Shown here in pieces: positions 26,601 to 43,000 of a stretch of DNA of 64,000 nt (the stretch's first letter is position 1; every line of letters begins with the position of its first letter). The translations under genes and the position numbers were made by a program. The notes below the pieces were generated by a model, which searched no databases, had not been told where the DNA came from, and saw only the letters and a program-made list of their open reading frames with translations. Source of the DNA: the human T2T-CHM13v2.0 reference genome, Homo sapiens; the NCBI RefSeq assembly GCF_009914755.1, contig NC_060925.1; one strand, written 5' to 3'.

Positions 26601-29600
26601 TCGAATACAATCGAATGGAGTCATCGAATCGACTCAAATGGAATAATCATTGAATGGAATCGAATGGAATCATCGAGTGGAATCGAATGGAATCATGATC
26701 AAATGGAATCGAATGTAATCATCATCAAATGGAATCAAAAATAAACATCATCAATAGGTATTGAATGGAATTGTCATCAAACGGAATTCAAAGGAATCAT
26801 CATCAAATGGAACCGAATGGAATCCTCATTGAATGGAAATGAAAGGAGTCATCATCTAATGGAATCGCATGGAATCATCATCAAATGGAATCGAATGGAA
26901 TCGTCATTAAATGGAATCTAATGGAATCATTGAACGGAATTGAATGGAATCGTCATCGAATGAATTCAATGCAATCAACGAATGGTCTCGAATGGAACCA
27001 CCTCCAAATGGAATGGAATGGAATCATCGCATAGAATCGAATGGAATTATCATCGAATGGATTCGAATGGAATCAACATCAAACGGGATCAAACGGAATT
27101 ATCGAATGGAATCGAAGAGAATCATCGAACGGACTCGAATGGAATCATCTAATGGAATGGAATGGAAGAATCCACGGACTCGAATGCAATCATCATCGAA
27201 TGGAATCGAATGGAATCATTGAATGGACTCGAATGGAATAATCATTGAATGGAATCGAATGGAATCATCATCGGATGGAAACGAATGGAATCATCAAATG
27301 GAATCAGATGGAATCATCATCAAATGGAATCGAATAGAATTATGGAATGAAATCCATTGTGATCATCATCGAAGGGACTCGAATGGAATCATCATCCAAT
27401 GGAAACTAATGGAATCAACATCGAATGGAATCGAATGGAAACTCCATCGAATTGAATCGAATGGAATTATCATGAAATTGAAATGGATGGACTCATCATC
27501 GAATGGATTCGAATGGAATCATCGAATGAAATTGATTGAAATCATCATCTAATGGAATCGAATGGAATCATTGAATGGAATCGAATGGAATCATCATCAG
27601 ATGCAAATGAATGCAATCATCATAGAATGGAATCGAGTGGATTCATTGAATGGAATCAGATGGAATCATCGAATGGACTTGAATGGAATCATTGAATGGA
27701 CTCGAATGGAATCATTATTGAATGGAATTGAATGGAATCATCGAATGGTCTCGAATGGAATCATTATCAAATGGAATCGAATGGAATCACCGAATAGAAT
27801 CGAATGGAACAATCATCGAATGGACTCAAATGGAATTATCCTCAAATGGAATCGAATGGAATTATCGAATGCAATCGAATGGAATAATCGAATGCAATCG
27901 AATAGAATCATCGAATGGACTTGAAAGGAATCATCGATTGAAATGGAATGGAATAGTCAATGAACTCGAATGGAATCATCATTGAATGGAATCATCGAGT
28001 GGAATCGAATGGAATCATGATCAAATGGAATCGAATGTAATCATCATCAAATGGAATCAAAAATAACCATCATCAATTGGTATTGAATGGAATTGTCATC
28101 AAACGGAATTCAAAGGAATCATCAACAAATGGAACCGAATGGAATCCTCATTGAATGGAAATGAAAGGAGTCATCATCTAATGGAATCGCATGGAATCAT
28201 CATCAAATGGAATCGAATGGAATCATCATCAAATGGAATCTAATGGAATCATTGAACGGAATTGAATGGAATCGTCATCGAATGAATTGAATGCAATCAA
28301 CGAATGGTCTCGAATGGAACCACATCCAAATGGAATGGAATGGAATCATCGCATAGAATCGAATGGAATTATCATGGAATGGACCCGAATGGAATCAACA
28401 TCAAACGGAATCAAACGGAATTATCGAATGGAATCGAAGAGAATCATCGAACGGGCTCGAATGGAATCATCTAATGGAATGGAATGGAAGAATCCATGGA
28501 CTCGAATGCAATCATCATCGAATGGAATCGAATGGAATCATCGAATGGACTCTAATGGAATAATCATTGAACGGAATCGAATGGAATCATCATCGGATGG
28601 AAACGAATGGAATCATCATCGAATGGAATCGAATGGGATCATCAAATGGAATCAGATGGAATCATCATCAAATGGAATCGAATAGAATTATGGAATGAAA
28701 TCCAATGTGATCATCATTGAATGGACTCGAATGGAATCATCATCCAATGGAAACTAATGGAATCAACATCGAATGGAATCGAATGGAAACACCATCGAAT
28801 TGAAACGAATGGAATTGTCATGAAATTGAAATGGATGGACTCATCATCGAATGGATTCGAATGGAATCATCGAATGAAATTGATTGAAATCATCATCAAA
28901 TGGAATCGAATGGAATCATTGAATGCAATCGAATGGAATCATCATCAGATGGAAATGAATGGAATCATCATAGAATGGAATCGCATGGATTCATTGAATG
29001 GAATCAGATGGAATCATCGAATGGACTTGAATGGAATCGTTGAATGGACTCGAATGGAATCATTATTGAATGGAATTGAATAGAATCATCGAATGGTCTC
29101 GAATGGAATCATTATCAAATGAAGTCGAATGGAATCACCGAATAGAATCGAATGGAACAATCATCGAATGGAATCAAATGGAATTATCCTCAAATGGAAT
29201 AAAAAGGATTTATCGAATGCAATCGAATGGAATTATCGAATGAAATCGAATAGAATCATCGAATGGACTCGAATGGAATCATCGAATGGAATGCAATGGA
29301 TTAATCCATGGACTCGAATTCAATCACCATCGAATACAATCGAATGGAGTCATCGAATCGACTCAAATGGAATAATCATTGAATGGAATCGAATGGAATC
29401 ATCGAGTGGAATCGAATGGAATCATGATCAAATGGAATCGAATGTAATCATCATCAAATGGAATCAAAAATAAACATCATCAATAGGTATTGAATGGAAT
29501 TGTCATCAAACGGAATTCAAAGGAATCATCATCAAATGGAACCGAATGGAATCCTCATTGAATGGAAATGAAAGGAGTCATCATCTAATGGAACCGCATG

Positions 29601-29672
29601 GAATCATCATCAAATGGAATCGAATGGAATCGTCATTAAATGGAATCTAAAGGAATCATTGAACGGAATTGA

Positions 29673-31053
29673 ATGGAATCGTCATCGAATGAATTGAATG
29701 CAATCAACGAATGGTCTCGAATGGAACCACCTCCAAATGGAATGGAATGGAATCATCGCATAGAATCGAATGGAATTATCATCGAATAGATTCGAATGGA
29801 ATCAACATCAAACGGGATCAAACGGAATTATCGAATGGAATCGAAGAGAATCATCGAATGGACTCGAATGGAATCATCTAATGGAATGGAATGGAAGAAT
29901 CCATGGACTCGAATGCAATCATCATCGAATGGAATCGAATGGAATCATTGAATGGACTCGAATGGAATATTCATTGAATGGAATCGAATGGAATCATCAT
30001 CGGATGGAAACGAATGGAATCATCAAATGGAATCAGATGGAATCATCATCAAATGGAATCGAATAGAATTATGGAATGAAATCCATTGTGATCATCATCG
30101 AATGGACTCGAATGGAATCATCATCCAATGGAAACTAATGGAATCAACATCGAATGGAATCGAATGGAAACTCCATCGAATTGAATCGAATGGAATTATC
30201 ATGAAATTGAAATCGATGGACTCATCATCGAATGGATTCGAATGGAATCATCGAATGAAATTGATTGAAATCATCATCAAATGGAATCGAAAGGAATCAT
30301 TGAATGCAATCGAATGGAATCATCATCAGATGGAAATGAATGGAATCATCATAGAATGGAATCGCATGGATTCATTGAATGGAATCAGATGGAATCATCG
30401 AATGGACTTGAATGGAATCGTTGAATGGACTCGAATGGAATCATTATTGAATGGAATTGAATAGAATCATCGAATGGTCTCGAATGGAATCATTATCAAA
30501 TGAAGTCGAATGGAATCACCGAATAGAATCGAATGGAACAATCATCGAATGGACTCAAATGGAATTATCTTCAAATGGAATCAAATGGATTTATCGAATG
30601 CAATCGAATGGAATTATCGAATGCAATCGAATAGAATCATCGAATGGACTCGAATGGAATCATCGAATGGAATGCAATGGATTAATCCATGGACTCGAAT
30701 TCAATCACCATCGAATACAATCGAATGGAGTCATCGAATCGACTCAAATGGAATAATCATTGAATGGAATCGAATGGAATCATCGAGTGGAATCGAATGG
30801 AATCATGATCAAATGGAATCGAATGTAATCATCATCAAATGGAATCAAAAATAAACATCATCAATAGGTATTGAATGGAATTGTCATCAAACGGAATTCA
30901 AAGGAATCATCATCAAATGGAACCGAATGGAATCCTCATTGAATGGAAATGAAAGTAGTCATCATCTAATGGAATCGCATGGAATCATCATCAAATGGAA
31001 TCGAATGGAATCGTCATTAAATGGAATCTAATGGAATCATTGAATGGAATTGA
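29673..31053 (-). repeat. Chimeric 1381-bp B/A unit interrupting the HOR
   Basis: B-type markers run to ~30215 (cgggatc, 26-bp deletion, ccattgtg, aaactcca). A-type markers start at ~30291 (aaggaatcattgaatgcaatc, cgcatgg, tgaagtc, ttcaatcacc). Confidence 0.92.
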
Positions 31054-34000
31054 ATGGAATCGTCATCGAATGAATTCAATGCAATCAACGAATGGTCTCG
31101 AATGGAACCACCTCCAAATGGAATGGAATGGAATCATCGCATAGAATCGAATGGAATTATCATCGAATGGATTCGAATGGAATCAACATCAAACGGGATC
31201 AAACGGATTTATCGAATGGAATCGAAGAGAATCATCGAACGGACTCGAATGGAATCATCTAATGGAATGGAATGGAAGAATCCATGGACTCGAACGCAAT
31301 CATCATCGAATGGAATCGAATGGAATCATTGAATGGACTCGAATGGAATAATCATTGAATGGAATCGAATGGAATCATCATCGGATGGAAACGAATGGAA
31401 TCATCAAATGGAATCAGATGGAATCATCATCAAATGGAATCGAATAGAATTATGGAATGAAATCCATTGTGATCATCATCGAATGGACTCGAATGGAATC
31501 ATCATCCAATGGAAACTAATGGAATCAACATCGAATGGAATCGAATGGAAACTCCATCGAATTGAATCGAATGGAATTATCATGAAATTGAAATGGATGG
31601 ACTCATCATCGAATGGATTCGAATGGAATCATCGAATGAAATTGATTGAAATCATCATCAAATGGAATCGAATGGAATCATTGAATGGAATCGAATGGAA
31701 TCATCATCAGATGGAAATGAATGGAATCATCATAGAATGGAATCGAGTGGATTCATTGAATGGAATCAGATGGAATCATCGAATGGACTTGAATGGAATC
31801 ATTGAATGGACTCGAATGGAATCATTATTGAATGGAATTGAATGGAATCATCGAATGGTCTCGAATGGAATCATTATCAAATGGAATCGAATGGAATCAC
31901 CGAATAGAATCGAATGGAACAATCATCGAATGGACTCAAATGGAATTATCCTCAAATGGAATCGAATGGAATTATCGAATGCAATCGAATGGAATAATCG
32001 AATGCAATCGAATAGAATCATCGAATGGACTTGAAGGGAATCATCGATTGAAATGGAATGGAATAGTCAATGAACTCGAATGGAATCATCATTGAATGGA
32101 ATCTTCGAGTGGAATCGAATGGAATCATGATCAAATGGAATCCAATGTAATCATCATCAAATGGAATCAAAAATAACCATCATCAATTGGTACTGAATGG
32201 AATTGTCATCAAACGGAATTCAAAGGAATCATCAACAAATGGAACCGAATGGAATCCTCATTGAATGGAAATGAAAGGAGTCATCATCTAATGGAATCGC
32301 ATGGAATCATCATCAAATGGAATCGAATGGAATCATCATCAAATGGAATCTAATGGAATCATTGAACGGAATTGAATGGAATCGTCATCGAATGAATTGA
32401 ATGCAATCAACGAATGGTCTCGAATGGAACCACATCCAAATGGAATGGAATGGAATCATCGCATAGAATCGAATGGAATTATCATGGAATGGACCCGAAT
32501 GGAATCAACATCAAACGGAATCAAACGGAATTATCGAATGGAATCGAAGAGAATCATCGAACGGGCTCGAATGGAATCATCTAATGGAATGGAATGGAAG
32601 AATCCATGGACTCGAATGCAATCATCATCGAATGGAATCGAATGGAATCATCGAATGGACTCGAATGGAATAATCATTGAACGGAATCGAATGGAATCAT
32701 CATCGGATGGAAACGAATGGAATCATCATCGAATGGAATCGAATGGGATCATCAAATGGAATCAGATGGAATCATCATCAAATGGAATCGAATAGAATTA
32801 TGGAATGAAATCCAATGTGATCATCATTGAATGGACTCGAATGGAATCATCATCCAATGGAAACTAATGGAATCAACATCGAATGGAATCGAATGGAAAC
32901 ACCATCGAATTGAAACGAATGGAATTGTCATGAAATTGAAATGGATGGACTCATCATCGAATGGATTCGAATGGAATCATCGAATGAAATTGATTGAAAT
33001 CATCATCAAATGGAATCGAAAGGAATCATTGAATGCAATCGAATGGAATCATCATCAGATGGAAATGAATGGAATCATCATAGAATGGAATCGCATGGAT
33101 TCATTGAATGGAATCAGATGGAATCATCGAATGGACTTGAATGGAATCGTTGAATGGACTCGAATGGAATCATTATTGAATGGAATTGAATAGAATCATC
33201 GAATGGTCTCGAATGGAATCATTATCAAATGAAGTCGAATGGAATCACCGAATAGAATCGAATGGAACAATCATCGAATGGAATCAAATGGAATTATCCT
33301 CAAATGGAATAAAAAGGATTTATCGAATGCAATCGAATGGAATTATCGAATGAAATCGAATAGAATCATCGAATGGACTCGAATGGAATCATCGAATGGA
33401 ATGCAATGGATTAATCCATGGACTCGAATTCAATCACCATCGAATACAATCGAATGGAGTCATCGAATCGACTCAAATGGAATAATCATTGAATGGAATC
33501 GAATGGAATCATCGAGTGGAATCGAATGGAATCATGATCAAATGGAATCGAATGTAATCATCATCAAATGGAATCAAAAATAAACATCATCAATAGGTAT
33601 TGAATGGAATTGTCATCAAACGGAATTCAAAGGAATCATCATCAAATGGAACCGAATGGAATCCTCATTGAATGGAAATGAAAGGAGTCATCATCTAATG
33701 GAACCGCATGGAATCATCATCAAATGGAATCGAATGGAATCGTCATTAAATGGAATCTAAAGGAATCATTGAACGGAATTGAATGGAATCGTCATCGAAT
33801 GAATTGAATGCAATCAACGAATGGTCTCGAATGGAACCACCTCCAAATGGAATGGAATGGAATCATCGCATAGAATCGAATGGAATTATCATCGAATAGA
33901 TTCGAATGGAATCAACATCAAACGGGATCAAACGGAATTATCGAATGGAATCGAAGAGAATCATCGAATGGACTCGAATGGAATCATCTAATGGAATGGA

Positions 34001-37000
34001 ATGGAAGAATCCATGGACTCGAATGCAATCATCATCGAATGGAATCGAATGGAATCATTGAATGGACTCGAATGGAATATTCATTGAATGGAATCGAATG
34101 GAATCATCATCGGATGGAAACGAATGGAATCATCAAATGGAATCAGATGGAATCATCATCAAATGGAATCGAATAGAATTATGGAATGAAATCCATTGTG
34201 ATCATCATCGAATGGACTCGAATGGAATCATCATCCAATGGAAACTAATGGAATCAACATCGAATGGAATCGAATGGAAACTCCATCGAATTGAATCGAA
34301 TGGAATTATCATGAAATTGAAATCGATGGACTCATCATCGAATGGATTCGAATGGAATCATCGAATGAAATTGATTGAAATCATCATCAAATGGAATCGA
34401 ATGGAATCATTGAATGGAATCGAATGGAATCATCATCAGATGCAAATGAATGCAATCATCATAGAATGGAATCGAGTGGATTCATTGAATGGAATCAGAT
34501 GGAATCATCGAATGGACTTGAATGGAATCATTGAATGGACTCGAATGGAATCATTATTGAATCGAATTGAATGGAATCATCGAATGGTCTCGAATGGAAT
34601 CATTATCAAATGGAATCGAATGGAATCACCGAATAGAATCGAATGGAACAATCATCGAATGGACTCAAATGGAATTATCCTCAAATGGAATCGAATGGAA
34701 TTATCAAATGCAATCGAATGGAATAATCGAATGCAATCGAATAGAATCATCGAATGGACTTGAAGGGAATCATCGATTGAAATGGAATGGAATAGTCAAT
34801 GAACTCGAATGGAATCATCATTGAATGGAATCATCGAGTGGAATCGAATGGAATCATGATCAAATGGAATCGAATGTAATCATCATCAAATGGAATCAAA
34901 AATAACCATCATCAATTGGTATTGAATGGAATTGTCATCAAACGGAATTCAAAGGAATCATCAACAAATGGAACCGAATGGAATCCTCATTGAATGGAAA
35001 TGAAAGGAGTCATCATCTAATGGAATCGCATGGAATCATCATCAAATGGAATCGAATGGAATCATCATCAAATGGAATCTAATGGAATCATTGAACGGAA
35101 TTGAATGGAATCGTCATCGAATGAATTGAATGCAATCAACGAATGGTCTCGAATGGAACCACATCCAAATGGAATGGAATGGAATCATCGCATAGAATCG
35201 AATGGAATTATCATGGAATGGACCCGAATGGAATCAGCATCAAACGGAATCAAACGGAATTATCAAATGGAATCGAAGAGAATCATCGAACGGGCTCGAA
35301 TGGAATCATCTAATGGAATGGAATGGAAGAATCCATGGACTCGAATGCAATCATCATCGAATGGAATCGAATGGAATCATCGAATTGACTCGAATGGAAT
35401 AATCATTGAACGGAATCGAATGGAATCATCATCGGATGGAAACGAATGGAATCATCATCGAATGGAATCGAATGGGATCATCAAATGGAATCAGATGGAA
35501 TCATCATCAAATGGAATCGAATAGAATTATGGAATGAAATCCAATGTGATCATCATTGAATGGACTCGAATGGAATCATCATCCAATGGAAACTAATGGA
35601 ATCAACATCGAATGGAATCGAATGGAAACACCATCGAATTGAAACGAATGGAATTGTCATGAAATTGAAATGGATGGACTCATCATCGAATGGATTCGAA
35701 TGGAATCATCGAATGAAATTGATTGAAATCATCATCAAATGGAATCGAAAGGAATCATTGAATGCAATCGAATGGAATCATCATCAGATGGAAATGAATG
35801 GAATCATCATAGAATGGAATTGCATGGATTCATTGAATGGAATCAGATGGAATCATCGAATGGACTTGAATGGAATCGTTGAATGGACTCGAATGGAATC
35901 ATTATTGAATGGAATTGAATAGAATCATCGAATGGTCTCGAATGGAATCATTATCAAATGAAGTCGAATGGAATCACCGAATAGAATCGAATGGAACAAT
36001 CATCGAATGGACTCAAATGGAATTATCTTCAAATGGAATCAAATGGATTTATCGAATGCAATCGAATGGAATTATCGAATGCAATCGAATAGAATCATCG
36101 AATGGACTCGAATGGAATCATCGAATGGAATGCAATGGATTAATCCATGGACTCGAATTCAATCACCATCGAATACAATCGAATGGAGTCATCGAATCGA
36201 CTCAAATGGAATAATCATTGAATGGAATCGAATGGAATCATCGAGTGGAATCGAATGGAATCATGATCAAATGGAATCGAATGTAATCATCATCAAAAGG
36301 AATCAAAAATAAACATCATCAATAGGTATTGAATGGAATTGTCATCAAACGGAATTCAAAGGAATCATCATCAAATGGAACCGAATGGAATCCTCATTGA
36401 ATGGAAATGAAAGGAGTCATCATCTAATGGAATCGCATGGAATCATCATCAAATGGAATCGAATGGAATCGTCATTAAATGGAATCTAATGGAATCATTG
36501 AACGGAATTGAATGGAATCGTCATCGAATGAATTCAATGCAATCAACGAATGGTCTCGAATGGAACCACCTCCAAATGGAATGGAATGGAATCATCGCAT
36601 AGAATCGAATGGAATTATCATCGAATGGATTCGAATGGAATCAACATCAAACGGGATCAAACGGAATTATCGAATGGAATCGAAGAGAATCATCGAACGG
36701 ACTCGAATGGAATCATCTAATGGAATGGAATGGAAGAATCCATGGACTCGAATGCAATCATCATCGAATGGAATCGAATGGAATCATTGAATGGACTCGA
36801 ATGGAATAATCATTGAATGGAATCGAATGGAATCATCATCGGATGGAAACGAATGGAATCATCAAATGGAATCAGATGGAATCATCATCAAATGGAATCG
36901 AATAGAATTATGGAATGAAATCCATTGTGATCATCATCGAAGGGACTCGAATGGAATCATCATCCAATGGAAACTAATGGAATCAACATCGAATGGAATC

Positions 37001-40000
37001 GAATGGAAACTCCATCGAATTGAATCGAATGGAATTATCATGAAATTGAAATGGATGGACTCATCATCGAATGGATTCGAATGGAATCATCGAATGAAAT
37101 TGATTGAAATCATCATCTAATGGAATCGAATGGAATCATTGAATGGAATCGAATGGAATCATCATCAGATGCAAATGAATGCAATCATCATAGAATGGAA
37201 TCGAGTGGATTCATTGAATGGAATCAGATGGAATCATCGAATGGACTTGAATGGAATCATTGAATGGACTCGAATGGAATCATTATTGAATGGAATTGAA
37301 TGGAATCATCGAATGGTCTCGAATGGAATCATTATCAAATGGAATCGAATGGAATCACCGAATAGAATCGAATGGAACAATCATCGAATGGACTCAAATG
37401 GAATTATCCTCAAATGGAATCGAATGGAATTATCGAATGCAATCGTATGGAATAATCGAATGCAATCGAATAGAATCATCGAATGGACTTGAAAGGAATC
37501 ATCGATTGAAATGGAATGGAATAGTCAATGAACTCGAATGGAATCATCATTGAATGGAATCAACGAGTGGAATCGAATGGAATCATGATCAAATGGAATC
37601 CAATGTAATCATCATCAAATGGAATCAAAAATAACCATCATCAATTGGTATTGAATGGAATTGTCATCAAACGGAATTCAAAGGAATCATCAACAAATGG
37701 AACCGAATGGAATCCTCATTGAATGGAAATGAAAGGAGTCATCATCTAATGGAATCGCATGGAATCATCATCAAATGGAATCGAATGGAATCATCATCAA
37801 ATGGAATCTAATGGAATCATTGAACGGAATTGAATGGAATCGTCATCGAATGAATTGAATGCAATCAACGAATGGTCTCGAATGGAACCACATCCAAATG
37901 GAATGGAATGGAATCATCGCATAGAATCGAATGGAATTATCATCGAATGGACCCGAATGGAATCAACATCAAACGGAATCAAACGGAATTATCGAATGGA
38001 ATCGAAGAGAATCATCGAACGGGCTCGAATGGAATCATCTAATGGAATGGAATGGAAGAATCCATGGACTCGAATGCAATCATCATCGAATGGAATCGAA
38101 TGGAATCATCGAATGGACTCGAATGGAATAATCATTGAACGGAATCGAATGGAATCATCATCGGATGGAAACGAATGGAATCATCATCGAATGGAATCGA
38201 ATGGGATCATCAAATGGAATCAGATGGAATCATCATCAAATGGAATCGAATAGAATTATGGAATGAAATCCAATGTGATCATCATTGAATGGACTCGAAT
38301 GGAATCATCATCCAATGGAAACTAATGGAATCAACATCGAATGGAATCGAATGGAAACACCATCGAATTGAAACGAATGGAATTGTCATGAAATTGAAAT
38401 GGATGGACTCATCATCGAATGGATTCGAATGGAATCATCGAATGAAATTGATTGAAATCATCATCAAATGGAATCGAAAGGAATCATTGAATGCAATCGA
38501 ATGGAATCATCATCAGATGGAAATGAATGGAATCATCATAGAATGGAATCGCATGGATTCATTGAATGGAATCAGATGGAATAATCGAATGGACTTGAAT
38601 GGAATCGTTGAATGGACTCGAATGGAATCATTATTGAATGGAATTGAATAGAATCATCGAATGGTCTCGAATGGAATCATTATCAAATGAAGTCGAATGG
38701 AATCACCGAATAGAATCGAATGGAACAATCATCGAATGGACTCAAATGGAATTATCCTCAAATGGAATAAAAAGGATTTATCGAATGCAATCGAATGGAA
38801 TTATCGAATGAAATCGAATAGAATCATCGAATGGACTCGAATGGAATCATCGAATGGAATGCAATGGATTAATCCATGGACTCGAATTCAATCACCATCG
38901 AATACAATCGAATGGAGTCATCGAATCGACTCAAATGGAATAATCATGGAATGGAATCGAATGGAATCATCGAGTGGAATCGAATGGAATCATGATCAAA
39001 TGGAATCGAATGTAATCATCATCAAATGGAATCAAAAATAAACATCATCAATAGGTATTGAATGGAATTGTCATCAAACGGAATTCAAAGGTATCATCAT
39101 CAAATGGAACCGAATGGAATCCTCATTGAATGGAAATGAAAGGAGTCATCATCTAATGGAATCGCATGGAATCATCATCAAATGGAATCGAATGGAATCG
39201 TCATTAAATGGAATCTAATGGAATCATTGAACAGAATTGAATGGAATCGTCATCGAATGAATTCAATGCAATCAACGAATGGTCTCGAATGGAACCACCT
39301 CCAAATGGAATGGAATGGAATCATCGCATAGAATCGAATGGAATTATCATCGAATAGATTCGAATGGAATCAACATCAAACGGGATCAAACGGAATTATC
39401 GAATGGAATCGAAGAGAATCATCGAACGGACTCGAATGGAATCATCTAATGGAATGGAATGGAAGAATCCATGGACTCGAATGCAATCATCATCGAATGG
39501 AATCGAATGGAATCATTGAATGGACTCGAATGGAATAATCATTGAATGGAATCGAATGGAATCATCATCGGATGGAAACGAATGGAATCATCAAATGGAA
39601 TCAGATGGAATCATCATCAAATGGAATCGAATAGAATTATGGAATGAAATCCATTGTGATCATCATCGAATGGACTCGAATGGAATCATCATCCAATGGA
39701 AACTAATGGAATCAACATCGAATGGAATCGAATGGAAACTCCACCGAATTGAAACGAATGGAATTATCATGAAATTGAAATGGATGGACTCATCATCGAA
39801 TGGATTCGAATGGAATCATCGAATGAAATTGATTGAAATCATCATCAAATGGAATCGAAAGGAATCATTGAATGGAATCGAATGGAATCATCATCAGATG
39901 CAAATGAATGCAATCATCATAGAATGGAATCGAGTGGATTCATTGAATGGAATCAGATGGAATCATCGAATGGACTTGAATGGAATCATTGAATGGACTC

Positions 40001-43000
40001 GAATGGAATCATTATTGAATGGAATTGCATGGAATCATCGAATGGTCTCGAATGGAATCATTATCAAATGGAATTGAATGGAATCACCGAATAGAATCGA
40101 ATGGAACAATCATCGAATGGACTCAAATGGAATTATCCTCAAATGGAATCGAATGGAATTATCAAATGCAATCGAATGGAATAATCGAATGCAATCGAAT
40201 AGAATCATCGAATGGACTTGAAGGGAATCATCGATTGAAATGGAATGGAATAGTCAATGAACTCGAATGGAATCATCATTGAATGGAATCATCGAGTGGA
40301 ATCGAATGGAATCATGATCAAATGGAATCGAATGTAATCATCATCAAATGGAATCAAAAATAACCATCATCAATTGGTATTGAATGGAATTGTCATCAAA
40401 CGGAATTCAAAGGAATCATCAACAAATGGAACCGAATGGAATCCTCATTGAATGGAAATGAAAGGAGTCATCATCTAATGGAATCGCATGGAATCATCAT
40501 CAAATGGAATCGAATGGAATCATCATCAAATGGAATCTAATGGAATCATTGAACGGAATTGAATGGAATCGTCATCGAATGAATTGAATGCAATCAACGA
40601 ATGGTCTCGAATGGAACCACATCCAAATGGAATGGAATGGAATCATCGCATAGAATCGAATGGAATTATCATGGAATGGACCCGAATGGAATCAGCATCA
40701 AACGGAATCAAACGGAATTATCGAATGGAATCGAAGAGAATCATCAAACGGGCTCGAATGGAATCATCTAATGGAATGGAATGGAAGAATCCATGGACTC
40801 GAATGCAATCATCATCGAATGGAATCGAATGGAATCATCGAATGGACTCGAATGGAATAATCATTGAACGGAATCGAATGGAATCATCATCGGATGGAAA
40901 CGAATGGAATCATCATCGAATGGAATCGAATGGGATCATCAAATGGAATCAGATGGAATCATCATCAAATGGAATCGAATAGAATTATGGAATGAAATCC
41001 AATGTGATCATCATTGAATGGACTCGAATGGAATCATCATCCAATGGAAACTAATGGAATCAACATCGAATGGAATCGAATGGAAACACCATCGAATTGA
41101 AACGAATGGAATTGTCATGAAATTGAAATGGATGGACTCATCATCGAATGGATTCGAATGGAATCATCGAATGAAATTGATTGAAATCATCATCAAATGG
41201 AATCGAAAGGAATCATTGAATGCAATCGAATGGAATCATCATCAGATGGAAATGAATGGAATCATCATAGAATGGAATCGCATGGATTCATTGAATGGAA
41301 TCAGATGGAATCATCGAATGGACTTGAATGGAATCGTTGAATGGACTCGAATGGAATCATTATTGAATGGAATTGAATAGAATCATCGAATGGTCTCGAA
41401 TGGAATCATTATCAAATGAAGTCGAATGGAATCACCGAATAGAATCGAATGGAACAATCATCGAATGGACTCAAATGGAATTATCCTCAAATGGAATAAA
41501 AAGGATTTATCGAATGCAATCGAATGGAATTATCGAATGAAATCGAATAGAATCATCGAATGGACTCGAATGGAATCATCGAATGGAATGCAATGGATTA
41601 ATCCATGGACTCGAATTCAATCACCATCGAATACAATCGAATGGAGTCATCGAATCGACTCAAATGGAATAATCATTGAATGGAATCGAATGGAATCATC
41701 GAGTGGAATCGAATGGAATCATGATCAAATGGAATCGAATGTAATCATCATCAAATGGAATCAAAAATAAACATCATCAATAGGTATTGAATGGAATTGT
41801 CATCAAACGGAATTCAAAGGTATCATCATCAAATGGAACCGAATGGAATCCTCATTGAATGGAAATGAAAGGAGTCATCATCTAATGGAATCGCATGGAA
41901 TCATCATCAAATGGAATCGAATGGAATCGTCATTAAATGGAATCTAATGGAATCATTGAACGGAATTGAATGGAATCGTCATCGAATGAATTCAATGCAA
42001 TCAACGAATGGTCTCGAATGGAACCACCTCCAAATGGAATGGAATGGAATCATCGCATAGAATCGAATGGAATTATCATCGAATAGATTCGAATGGAATC
42101 AACATCAAACGGGATCAAACGGAATTATCGAATGGAATCGAAGAGAATCATCGAACGGACTCGAATGGAATCATCTAATGGAATGGAATGGAAGAATCCA
42201 TGGACTCGAATGCAATCATCATCGAATGGAATCGAATGGAATCATTGAATGGACTCGAATGGAATAATCATTGAATGGAATCGAATGGAATCATCATCGG
42301 ATGGAAACGAATGGAATCATCAAATGGAATCAGATGGAATCATCATCAAATGGAATCGAATAGAATTATGGAATGAAATCCATTGTGATCATCATCGAAT
42401 GGACTCGAAAGGAATCATCATCCAATGGAAACTAATGGAATCAACATCGAATGGAATCGAATGGAAACTCCACCGAATTGAAACGAATGGAATTATCATG
42501 AAATTGAAATGGATGGACTCATCATCGAATGGATTCGAATGGAATCATCGAATGAAATTGATTGAAATCATCATCAAATGGAATCGAAAGGAATCATTGA
42601 ATGGAATCGAATGGAATCATCATCAGATGCAAATGAATGCAATCATCATAGAATGGAATCGAGTGGATTCATTGAATGGAATCAGATGGAATCATCGAAT
42701 GGACTTGAATGGAATCATTGAATGGACTCGAATGGAATCATTATTGAATGGAATTGAATGGAATCATCGAATGGTCTCGAATGGAATCATTATCAAATGG
42801 AATCGAATGGAATCACCGAATAGAATCGAATGGAACAATCATCGAATGGACTCAAATGGAATTATCCTCAAATGGAATCGAATGGAATTATCAAATGCAA
42901 TCGAATGGAATAATCGAATGCAATCGAATAGAATCATCGAATGGACTTGAAGGGAATCATCGATTGAAATGGAATGGAATAGTCAATGAACTCGAATGGA

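Larger units (their letters stand above)
10570..29672 (-). repeat. Regular 2729-bp HOR block 1: 7 x (B 1322 + A 1407)
   Basis: Anchors at 10570, 11892, 13299, 14621 ... 28266, 29673 alternate 1322/1407 exactly, and the ORF track recurs every 2729 bp. Confidence 0.95.
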
